64,000 bases of DNA from an uncultured delta proteobacterium (GTDB taxonomy: Bacteria; Desulfobacterota; Binatia; Binatales; Binataceae): NCBI GenBank assembly GCA_963724765.1, contig CAVRVY010000002.1, forward strand, positions 497,166-561,165, given 5' to 3'. Below are positions 9,235-18,434 of this stretch, piece by piece (position 1 is the first letter of the stretch; each line of letters begins with the position of its first letter). Position numbers and translations under genes: made by a program. Under the pieces are notes generated by a model. The model was not told where the DNA came from. It searched no databases and saw nothing but the letters and a program-made list of their open reading frames with translations.

Positions 9235-10172
9235 ACACGATTTTTATTGGTGGCTCGCGGCACGTCTCTCGTTTGCCGGCAGAGGTGAAAAGACGTCTGG
9301 ACAATGTAGTTACCAGCGGTCACCAAGTCATTGTCGGTGACGCAAACGGGGCCGACAAAGCCGTGCAAAAGCATCTTCTGGATAAGCGTTACGATAAGGT
9401 CGTCGTCTTCTGCACGGGCGATACCCCAAGAAACAATTTAGGAACCTGGCGCACGCATCATGTTGATATACCCAAAAATACTAAGGGATTTCATTTCTAC
9501 GCGGCTAAGGACCGCGAGATGGCGCGTGAAGCTGATTTTGGATTGATGATCTGGGATGGCAAAAGCCCCGGCACGGTTCTTAACGTGATGCGCCTCGCAA
9601 TCGCCGGAAAGATTGCCGTTCTTTTCAACGTGCCTGAGAAAAACGTCGTCAACATCAAGACATTGGACAGTTGGAAGAACTTCATCTCCCATTGTAGCCG
9701 AGATGTCCAAATGGAGATAAAGCAGCGGGCCACTCCTGAGGAATGGCGGCTCGCCGAATCCAATAATCAAGCGAGCTTTTTGCCGTCGCTTGATGAGGCG
9801 GGCGCTGCACTTAAGAGCGCGCCCCAGCGAGAGTCCTCCTCGGAACCCCTGAACTCAAGTGCGTTGGAGGAGGTTGTCAAAGTACTGAACCGTGCGTTAG
9901 CTCACGGTGATGCAACCGCGATAATGAACCAACTTGGCATCATTGCGCGCGAACGTGGGATGAGTCACGTCGCGCGCGAAACTGGTCTTGCGCGTGAAAG
10001 CCTTTATCGGTCTCTCGACGCAAAAGGGAATCCCGAATTCGGCACGGTCTTAAAAGTGCTCGCATCCATAGGCCTGCGGCTTGAGGCTAAATCGGAAAGC
10101 CTTCCGACCGCACCCGACCAAGACCAGTCGTCCCTTGGAATGCCCGGAAGAGGAAAGCCGGGAATTGCATGA
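9231..10172 (+). CDS. SLOG (YspA/DprA-like) domain fused to an HI1420-type antidote HTH
   Basis: IFIGGSR, VGDANGAD, KDREMA, WDGKSPGT; C-terminal GMSHVARETGLARESLYRSLDAKGNPEFGTVLKVL. Confidence 0.8.
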   Translation: MNTIFIGGSRHVSRLPAEVKRRLDNVVTSGHQVIVGDANGADKAVQKHLLDKRYDKVVVFCTGDTPRNNLGTWRTHHVDIPKNTKGFHFYAAKDREMAREADFGLMIWDGKSPGTVLNVMRLAIAGKIAVLFNVPEKNVVNIKTLDSWKNFISHCSRDVQMEIKQRATPEEWRLAESNNQASFLPSLDEAGAALKSAPQRESSSEPLNSSALEEVVKVLNRALAHGDATAIMNQLGIIARERGMSHVARETGLARESLYRSLDAKGNPEFGTVLKVLASIGLRLEAKSESLPTAPDQDQSSLGMPGRGKPGIA

Positions 10173-10271
10173 CGGATTGGGGACAATAAAAGGCCGATCT
10201 GTTCTGATCTTGCAGGGAGACCGGTTCATATCGGCGCTAACCTACTCACAACCGCGAGTCCGATCGAGAAA

Positions 10272-11624
10272 ATGGAAACCGCGCAAACCAACACACCTGA
10301 CTCTCACGACGTGACGTTGCGGTCTTTATTGAAGCTACGGAATGGTTCGAAGAATATTCTGCAGAATCGCGAGAATTCGCAGCTGGAATTCAAGGAAACG
10401 TTCAATCTTGGCAGCCTTGCGAAATATGGCCGTACGATGGCGGCTTTCGCCAACAACAGGGGTGGCTACATCGTCTTCGGCGTTGAGCCCTCTCCCCATC
10501 GCCTGAAAGGTGTGAACAAAACCAAGTTCGAGGAGTGTGACCCCGCGCAAGTAACGCAGTTCCTGAACGCTCACTTCGGCCCCGAGATCATCTGGGAAAT
10601 GGAAACCGTCGAATTCTTCGGGACATCGCTCGGCTACATTTACATTTCTGAGGCAGATGAAAAGCCGGTCGTCGCCATATCAAACGCGGCAGATATCAGA
10701 AGCGGAGAAGTTTATTTTCGGTACAAAGGTCAGACTTCGACCATTCGATACCCAGAGCTCAGAGCAATTATTGACGCTCGAATTACGCGTGAGCGACAGG
10801 CGTGGCTTCAGCACCTCCGTACGATTGAGCGGGTTGGTCCCCGAAATGTCGGCATCCTCGACACCATCCATGGAAAGCTTTATGGGGCCGGGACTCCGTT
10901 TTTGATAGATGAGAAGCTGCTACGGCAGCTTAAATTCATTCGGCGTGGTCAGTTTTCCGACGGCGAGGGGGCGCCGGCCCTGCGCGTGCTTGGAGATGTG
11001 CAATCGATCAAGGGTATCGAGAAAGAAAAGCCCGTGCCGACCGGTATCCACGCTGACGATTTGATAACGGCATTTTTGGCGCAACGGCCTTTGGACGAAT
11101 CGGAGGCTCGAAGCTATCTGAGGGAGGCCACGTATCAGAACACGCCGTACCTGCCGATCCATTACCTCGTCAATCTTTCCGGGTTGTCTCAATCGGAGGC
11201 CCAGGGCCTTATCAAGACAAGCCAGTCGTCGCTGACGGGCCAAAAGAAAAATCTCACTGAAAGAATTGCGCGAGATCAGGCCGTGAAGCTAATGGGTACC
11301 GTACAATCCGCTCCCAATATCTTGACCTCCACGGAATTTGAAAGGTCATTCGAGCAAGCTAAGACCGTCAAAGAACGGCGTTCTCTTCTTGTTGCGACAA
11401 TGCTGCGAAGCCCGAGGTTGTTGCAAGAATTTGTACCCAGCCTGCCGCTCGGGCTGTTATCCGAAGCCGTAACCCACCTCAATACGTCGGATCTTCGAAA
11501 GCTTAAGGGAGACCTCCTCGAACTTCTCCTGAGCGCTTTCGCGAACCGCTTTCAGGACGCGTCGAGTTCGGAAAGATCAGCTTTCAGGAAGGCCGTGGCC
11601 TTCTGCGACGAAAAGCTGAATTGA
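10272..11624 (+). CDS. Schlafen/AlbA_2-domain protein with an unrecognised C-terminal region
   Basis: RENSQLEFKE...MAAFANNRGGYIVFGV AlbA_2 signature. Confidence 0.82.
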   Translation: METAQTNTPDSHDVTLRSLLKLRNGSKNILQNRENSQLEFKETFNLGSLAKYGRTMAAFANNRGGYIVFGVEPSPHRLKGVNKTKFEECDPAQVTQFLNAHFGPEIIWEMETVEFFGTSLGYIYISEADEKPVVAISNAADIRSGEVYFRYKGQTSTIRYPELRAIIDARITRERQAWLQHLRTIERVGPRNVGILDTIHGKLYGAGTPFLIDEKLLRQLKFIRRGQFSDGEGAPALRVLGDVQSIKGIEKEKPVPTGIHADDLITAFLAQRPLDESEARSYLREATYQNTPYLPIHYLVNLSGLSQSEAQGLIKTSQSSLTGQKKNLTERIARDQAVKLMGTVQSAPNILTSTEFERSFEQAKTVKERRSLLVATMLRSPRLLQEFVPSLPLGLLSEAVTHLNTSDLRKLKGDLLELLLSAFANRFQDASSSERSAFRKAVAFCDEKLN

Positions 11625-11844
11625 TGCCGTTCGGTCGCGTTTACCGATGTTGCCGCGATATGCTGCAACGCTTGGGAAATGGCGCCCGAGCGGGATTCGG
11701 AAAAGAGATCATCTAAAATGCGGTAAAATGCGGCTCGCACGGTTTCTGCTGCCGCAGGATTCCGTTGAAGAACTTTTGCCCGCGTCGGTTCGGCGAGAGG
11801 CGCGGCGCCCGAACGTATTGCGCGAGCGCCGCGCGGCTTCATTC

Positions 11845-12726
11845 CTAAGAGAGCCGACCGAGGATGTAATCGGCGGCGCGCTGCGCATGGGCGGCAGCAT
11901 GGATCATAAGCTTGCGGTCAGCACGAAGCCGGTTTAACCAGCCAGAGACGTATGCGGCTTGGTTCTGGATGACCGCGTTTGAGATTCCGGCTTCGGCACA
12001 GAGGAATGCGGCTCCCAATTCCGCGCACAGTTCTTCTTTCGAGTAGACGGCGGAACCGAACGGGGCGGCTTCGCAAACCCCTTCTCGCGCAAGGCGTTTC
12101 TCACTTCCAGAACTATGGACGCTCTCATGCATCGCAGTGGCGTAAAATTCCTCGGCGCTGGTGAAAAGTTCACGCGGCGGCAGGGTGATGCGATCGGTAA
12201 TCGGACTATAGAAAGCTTTGGAGCCTGCGTACTGAATCTCGGGCGGGTTGGGCATGCCGGCGATGATCCGCTCGGCCGCTTCGATCGGATCGTGCTTGTG
12301 CGTCTCGACCTTCGGCAGCTTGTCGAGCACTGCCTGCGGCAGTTCGCATTGTTCGAGGTTGAACAGGCGATAATATCTGAGCAGGAACCGGCGGCGCGTC
12401 TTCCCGCCGGTCTCCTCGTTGTCGAGGTCTTCCGTGCTCTGCTTGGCATCGTCAACCTTCCAGAACACGACAACCGTGCTCTCCTCGCCTTTGCGGATGT
12501 GTCCGCCAAGTTCGTTCGCCTGGCGCATCGTCAGCCAATACGGTGAAACGTATTTGGATGCCGAGAGCAGAAAGTGGTTGATGCCGCGATATGGCTTCTT
12601 GCTCACAAGGTTGCGCGGTAGTCCGGTTGAGGTCCACGGCCTGCGCCACGGTACCACGCCGCTTTCAAGCAGATTGATGATCTTTTCGGTCACGATTGCG
12701 TAGATGTCCATTTCCGTAGTCTCCAA
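11845..12726 (-). CDS. ardC: ArdC-family antirestriction protein (ssDNA-binding plus zincin domains)
   Basis: PWRRPW, YRGIN, WLTMRQA, IRKGE, HESVH, YSKEELCAELGA. Confidence 0.92.
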   Translation of the reverse strand: METTEMDIYAIVTEKIINLLESGVVPWRRPWTSTGLPRNLVSKKPYRGINHFLLSASKYVSPYWLTMRQANELGGHIRKGEESTVVVFWKVDDAKQSTEDLDNEETGGKTRRRFLLRYYRLFNLEQCELPQAVLDKLPKVETHKHDPIEAAERIIAGMPNPPEIQYAGSKAFYSPITDRITLPPRELFTSAEEFYATAMHESVHSSGSEKRLAREGVCEAAPFGSAVYSKEELCAELGAAFLCAEAGISNAVIQNQAAYVSGWLNRLRADRKLMIHAAAHAQRAADYILGRLS

Positions 12727-12785
12727 TTGTGATTTGGATGGTTGCGGGAGAACCGCTTGCGCGGCTCTCCCGTGGTGGGTTGGAA

Positions 12786-13181
12786 CTAAAAGGGGATGTC
12801 GTCGGAAGCTTCAGCCTTGGACGTGTTCCCGTTCGAGCCGTTGCCGAGCAGGCGGAGTTGTCGCGCGACGATTTCGGTCCGGTAGCGCTTGCCGCTGCCG
12901 TCCTTGGCTTCGTACTGGCGGGTAGTGAGCCGACCTTCGACGTAAACTTGCCGGCCTTTGCCCAGGAACCGCTCGCAGGTGTCGGCCAGCCGTCCGAACG
13001 CGACGATCCGGTGCCAATCGGTGCGCTCCTGCTTCGCGCCGTTGCGGTCCGTAAACCGCTCTGTGGTGGCCAACGAGAAATTCGCCACGTTCTGCCCGGA
13101 CGGCAGGGCACGAACCTCGGGGTTAGCTCCCAGATTGCCGATCACGATCACCTTGTTGATTGCCATAGCCATAACCTCCAT
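12786..13181 (-). CDS. ssb: Single-stranded DNA-binding protein
   Basis: NKVIVIGNLGANPE, TDWHRIV, VYVEGRL, C-terminal DDIPF. Confidence 0.95.
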   Translation of the reverse strand: MEVMAMAINKVIVIGNLGANPEVRALPSGQNVANFSLATTERFTDRNGAKQERTDWHRIVAFGRLADTCERFLGKGRQVYVEGRLTTRQYEAKDGSGKRYRTEIVARQLRLLGNGSNGNTSKAEASDDIPF

Positions 13182-13191
13182 TGGTTTTGTT

Positions 13192-13366
13192 GCGCCCGCT
13201 TCCCGTCATCGGGCAGGGCGTGCTGCGCTTTGTTTTCATCACCGCGCAATTTTTTTCCGCGCGGCCCTCTCCAACTGGACAGGAGGGCCGTGCGCAGATT
13301 TCCAGATGCGCGAGCGGAGCGGGCGGCAGGACGTGACAGAGCGAAGCGGCCCGAAGGGCTGGCGCG
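13192..13366 (-). promoter_or_regulatory. Long imperfect hairpin upstream of ssb (Frpo/ssi-like ssDNA promoter candidate)
   Basis: Nested pairs gcgcc/ggcgc, ccgcttc/gaagcgg, gtca/tgac, cgcgca/tgcgcg, gcggccctc/gagggccgt. Confidence 0.55.
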
Positions 13367-13854
13367 TCGTGCTTGTATGGTGTCCACTGCCGATGCTGCT
13401 GCTCGCTCATAGTGAAAGAGGAACTGAACATTTTTTCCCTCGACCTTGTATGTGTTGAAGAACCAACTTTTCCCCTCGCGCCCTCACTTGATAATGGGTG
13501 CGAGGGAAAAGTTGATTGGGGACGTGGGGGTGGATGTGCGGCTAAAAAATCTGAGATGCGCTGCCGCGACGATCTGCGGAGGCGGGCCAGGATTCTTTTC
13601 CTGGCCAACGACGCCGATCGTGGCGAGCCAACCAATGAATGAGATCGGCTAAGATGCGAAAAAAGTTTCCCGAAGAGGTGTCGCCGCCGGCCGTGCTGAA
13701 GGGTAATTCCTTGTGCGCTAGATTGGCGCCCTCGTCCGGGGCTCAGGGCTCGAACGGTATCCAGAGGCGCAAGCGGCGTCCTCGAATGGACAAGCAAGAG
13801 CGTGAGTTCCGGCTCCGAGGCTCGGGGAACCAAGTCGTGGAAGGAGGAAGGTTG

Positions 13855-15052
13855 ATGAGGTTTGCGGGAATCGACGTCGGAGCGGAGCGTCACATGGTGG
13901 CAATGGTGGATACGGAGGGCAAGGTGCTATGTCGTTCCAGCCCTTTTGGCGAGGACGCGTCGGGCTATGCGCATCTGTTCGAGCTGCTCGGCCCACCCGA
14001 GGGTTGTCTGCTCGCCTTGGAAGCCACTGGACACTACTGGCGGAATCTATTCGTCGCTTTGTTAGCAAAGGGCTACGCAGTCGCGGTGTTGAATCCATTG
14101 CGTACGCGGCGCTTTGCCGAGGAGGAGCTGCAGCGGACCAAGACCGACGCGATCGATGCGTTGGGAATCGCGCGGTTTGCTGCCCAGAAGCGACCGCCAG
14201 CGACGCAACTGCCTGACGTCGCGACGGAAGAGCTGCGTGAATTGGCGCGGCTGCGCGAGCGGCTCCAGGAGGACTTTGCGAGCCGTCTGAGGCAGTTACA
14301 TCGAGCGGTTGACCTTGGCTTTCCCGAGTTCACGCGGTATGTGCGCACGCTCGAGAGCCAGCTCGCCGCTACCATTCTGTCGCGCTACCCAACTGCGGCG
14401 TCGTTTCGTGGGACGTCGCGTAAAGAAGCTCGCTCGGATCGTTTACGACGGTTCGCACAAGATCGGTGAAGAACTCGCTCGCGCTCTGATCGAGGCAGCC
14501 GCAAAGTCAGTCGGGAGTTATCACTCCGAGCCCTACCGATTGCGGATCAAATACCTCTGCGAGGATCTTGATGTGCTGCGCCGCCGGCTGAAGGATCTCG
14601 CGCGCGACATTGAAAGCAAGATCGACGATCACGAGGTAGGCAAACTCCTAACGACGATCGATGGGATCGGACCATTAACCGCCGCCTGTCTGATTGCAGA
14701 ACTCGGAGATCCGGCACGCTTTCGCAGTGCCGGCGCGATCGCGAGCTATGTTGGCGTTGCGCCACGACTGCGGCAATCAGGGAAAAAGCGCTTCTTTTCC
14801 GGCAGCCCCACTATTCCGTTCGGGAATGCTCGTCTGCGCAAGGCGCTCTGGATGGTGGTTCTCAACGCCGTGCGATGCAATCCGTGGCTGCGCCAGTATT
14901 ACGAGCGCCTTCGGGCTGCGGGCAAACCGGGCAAGGTCGCCGTAATCGCAGCGATGCGAAAGCTGCTCGCAGCGGTATGGAGCGTGGCTATTCACCGCCG
15001 ACCCTTCGTTCCGCACCTATCTCCACCCGCAACCGCCAGCGTCGTGACGTAA
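13855..15052 (+). mobile_element. IS110-family recombinase/transposase, one frameshift near 14420
   Basis: GIDVG, LEATGHYW, KTDAIDA (DEDD); IDGIGPLTA...YVGVAPRLRQSG (catalytic Ser), GNARLRKAL. Confidence 0.92.
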
Positions 15053-15329
15053 GCGTGTGACTGCATCCGGCCGGTGACACTGCGGGCGCGGCACATGAGT
15101 GGCACCTTCTATCAGGGAAGGTGCCAAAACGACACAATCTTATGTGGACATCGACGCGTGTGCCGGTTCCCTGGCGTCAGCGACCTTCTGCACAGCCGGC
15201 GGTCGGTCTCGCAACTAACAGCGAACCCTAGTTCACTGCAGGGCGAATCGTGCGCTCCGCAGGAAGCGGAGCGGCCTGCCGCGTTCGAACCCCGACGAAC
15301 CTTCACACTCCGCGTCTGCGGACTGAGGC

Positions 15330-15576
15330 AAATGGCGTGGGCGCTTCCGCCGCAGGAGTTGAGGCGCTTTCGGAATTCCTGACCGGCCTATCCGCAACGC
15401 CTGGCATGGCCTTCCTGTTGGTCCTACATCGAGACCCAACCCATCCGAGCCTGCTCATCGATATTCTGTCGAAAACGACCGGCGTACCAGTGCTTGAAGC
15501 ACAAGACGGCATGGCATTGGAGATGGACCATGTTTACGTCGTTCCCGCCATCTGCACCGTCGCGGCGATAGGTTGA
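15330..15576 (+). pseudogene. CheB methylesterase fragment (CheBR fusion type)
   Basis: GVGASAAGVEAL...LVLHRDP...VYVVP; truncated. Confidence 0.72.
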
Positions 15577-15806
15577 AGATGCTCCAGGTGCGCCGCGTGT
15601 CAGACAGTCGCGTTGCTGATGTCGGTGATGTCCTGGATCGCCAGGAGGAGAGCGGATTCGCTTCGAGCAATCGGGAGCAGGCTTTTAGCTCATCGAAGAT
15701 ACTGACCCTTATAGCCGGCATCTTCCTCTTCTGGATCGGCGAACCCAGATCCCGAGGTGATAGATTTGGACCGGGCCGGTCGCTGGGTTGCTTCGCGCAC
15801 GTGCCG

Positions 15807-16127
15807 CTACAGTCCCATCGTCGTGAAAGCCGCCTTGACCCGCTCGCGCATCCGCGCGTAGTTGCGCTCGAGCTTGGGCTTGCGCCGCGGCCCGGGCCGC
15901 TCGCGCAATTCCGCTTCCAGATCTTCGAGCTTGGCGCGCAGGTCCTTGAGCTTTTTCGTGGAGTCGTTCAGCTTTTTGAGCAGCTTCTCGTTGGCCTCGG
16001 GACCACGTTCTTCATCGGGATCCGCAGGCTCTTCGCTTTCCTCGAAGATATCGCACAGATCGGCCTCGCCAGCCTCGATTCGGTCGCCAAGGTCGATAAG
16101 AAAATCCAGCGTAACCGGCGACTTCTC
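15807..16127 (-). pseudogene. Startless fragment resembling the non-conserved region of RpoD
   Basis: Manual translation SPVTLDFLIDLGDRIEAGEADLCDIFEESEE...KLERNYARMRERVK; recognised from memory only. Confidence 0.4.
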
Positions 16128-16518
16128 GCAATGGCCGCCGTCGGCGGAGTTTACTTGGCATTGCCCAGAGAACTCGTCATCGGCCCGACATGGCTGCTGC
16201 CGAGCGTCATCGCTGTCTTACTCGCCCCGACCATCGTGACTCATCGCATGGGGCGGCATTCGTTCAATCACGTGTTGATCCCCATCGCGAAGCAGCTTTC
16301 CATTTGGAGCGGATCGGGAGATCCACAAACCGCCGTGGCAGTTTGGAAAGCGTGATCTGACGCTGCCCGATCCCGGACTCAAGGTGTCGTCTGCCGGACG
16401 TACCGGGTGAGGTGAAATCTGCCTGGTCTATTCTTGTGCATGGCGCTTGTCGTGTCGGTCGCGATGGTCGCGGTTTTGGGGCTGCTGGCAGGTGTGCTAA
16501 GCAATCCAATCAGGAGAC

Positions 16519-18243
16519 GTGGATCGTTTGGTCCCTCGAACCGGGCCAGCCAGGGAGACCGGAGCGGAGGACGCTACGGCACAAAAAATTGAGGAGCCGT
16601 TGCAACGGAGCTTTACGTCTCGACCGATGGAACACGAGGCGGATTTTACTGGAGATCGAGCCGGTAGTCGTTATCAGCTCCTTCTTCAGGTTCTTGAGCT
16701 GGCGGAGGCGCCATTCAGCGTCAGCGCAATGCTGGGGGCGCTGGCGAGCGTTATTGAATCGGTAGTCCCGGTGGACGCGATTCCCGTCGTAACGGTGGAT
16801 GAGCAGGTCCTGCGTTTCTACGCGGCTTACTTCAACGGGGTGCCGCGCAAGGATGGCGATTCGCTCGCGGATTATGCGATGCGAGCTCTGCGCCGGTGTC
16901 CTGTCGGGCGGGCGGAAGCGCGTGTGCTGGAGACCTTCCCAATCCGTGGTTCAGCAACTGAGCACGTGGGCCGCACCCGCGGTGTGCTGGTGCGCCATGG
17001 TTTGGATCGCGAGCCGCTCTTCCTAGGTGACCGGCGGCTGCGGTGGTACGGGATGAACTCTTACGTCCGGGTTCCTCTGTTTGCCAAGGAACGGCTGCTT
17101 GGCTCGATCGCATTCTGTCGAACAGACGCCCGCCCTGGCTTCACCAACAACGAGGTTCAGATTCTGACTGAAGTCTCACGGCCCGCAGCGATCGCGCTTT
17201 CTCGTTTTCTGGCTTACGAGGAGATCGAGCGCTTGCGGCACAGCAGTTTCCCCTGGGTTACAGGTGAGGATCACCCAGCCACTGACGAGATAATAGGTAC
17301 CTCGGAAACGCTTCGGCGGGTGATTGAGCGGGTGAGCAAGGTGGCGCGGACCGATGCCCCGGTTTTGATTTCAGGTGAGACCGGCACCGGCAAGGAATTG
17401 CTCGCGAATATGCTGCATCAGCTGTCTGGGCGGCGCGGCCGATTGGTCAAGGTGAATTGTGCAGCCTTGCCCGAAACCCTGATGGCCGCCGAGTTATTCG
17501 GCCACGAGCGAGGCGCATTCACCGGTGCCTGGCAACGCCGCGAAGGCCATTTTGAGACCGCGGCTGGCGGCTCGATTTTACTTGACGAGGTCGGCGAACT
17601 ACCGCCGCCTGCGCAGGCGGCCCTGCTGCGGGTGCTGCAGGACGGAGAATTCCAGCGAATCGGTGGCAGCCGGACTCTCCGGACGAATGCGCGAGTGATC
17701 GCTGCGACAAACCGCAGCCTAGTCGAGGCGGTTCGTCAAGGCCGTTTCCGTGAGGACCTCTTCTATCGACTCAATGTAGTGCCTATCAGGGTGCCGCCTT
17801 TGCGCGAGCGCACCGAAGACATTGTCGAATTGGCGAACCGCTTCGCAGCGCGTTACTCGCAGGCTATGGGCCGCACACCAGGCGTCTTCGAGCGCGAAAC
17901 ACTCGATGCGTTGCTGTCGTATGCGTGGCCAGGAAACGTTCGCGAGTTACAAAATGTGATAAGGCGAGGAGTAGTCCTTTCCAATGGTCCAGCGATCGAC
18001 CTGGACGACGAATTCCTAGGACAAGTGCATGGAGTGGAAAACCCGGCCACAGTGATCGGAGCCAAGGTAAGTGGGTGTGAGCGGGAACTGATTGAACAGG
18101 CTCTCAAAAAAGCAGCAGGAAAAGTCGCTGGTCCGAAAGGGGCCGCTGCACGGCTGCGCATAGCGCCTTCCACGCTTGAGTATAAGATAAGAAAGTACCA
18201 TATCGATAAGCTCCATTTTCGTGCCGACGCGGCAGGCGACTGA
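16519..18243 (+). CDS. GAF-domain sigma54 activator (FhlA/NifA-like)
   Basis: GAF (SYVRVPLFAKERLLGSI), GETGTGKE, GAFTGA, WPGNVREL, C-terminal HTH; start may be 16627. Confidence 0.9.
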   Translation: MDRLVPRTGPARETGAEDATAQKIEEPLQRSFTSRPMEHEADFTGDRAGSRYQLLLQVLELAEAPFSVSAMLGALASVIESVVPVDAIPVVTVDEQVLRFYAAYFNGVPRKDGDSLADYAMRALRRCPVGRAEARVLETFPIRGSATEHVGRTRGVLVRHGLDREPLFLGDRRLRWYGMNSYVRVPLFAKERLLGSIAFCRTDARPGFTNNEVQILTEVSRPAAIALSRFLAYEEIERLRHSSFPWVTGEDHPATDEIIGTSETLRRVIERVSKVARTDAPVLISGETGTGKELLANMLHQLSGRRGRLVKVNCAALPETLMAAELFGHERGAFTGAWQRREGHFETAAGGSILLDEVGELPPPAQAALLRVLQDGEFQRIGGSRTLRTNARVIAATNRSLVEAVRQGRFREDLFYRLNVVPIRVPPLRERTEDIVELANRFAARYSQAMGRTPGVFERETLDALLSYAWPGNVRELQNVIRRGVVLSNGPAIDLDDEFLGQVHGVENPATVIGAKVSGCERELIEQALKKAAGKVAGPKGAAARLRIAPSTLEYKIRKYHIDKLHFRADAAGD

Positions 18244-18364
18244 CGCGATTCAAAACTCGGAATTCTGTGAGTTCGTTGACAAACTCCTGAGATCTTGCGA
18301 ATACCTTCGCAAAATCTTCCAGGAGGCGCGCATGTCAGACGGAGTATCATGCCGCAAACTGGCA

Positions 18365-18379
18365 TGGCGCGATTCTTGA
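18365..18379 (+). promoter_or_regulatory. Putative sigma54 -24/-12 promoter
   Basis: TGGCGC-N5-TTGA (consensus TGGCAC-N5-TTGC), 55 bp upstream of the dioxygenase and just after the activator gene. Confidence 0.55.
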
Positions 18380-18434
18380 TTCATAGAGACACTGGTGGTC
18401 GCCGGCATTCAGGTCAAGCCAATGGTCGTATGCG

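Noticed and set aside
15573-16355. 260-aa ORF as a real gene
   Set aside because: Mostly antisense to other gene fragments; a chimeric open frame
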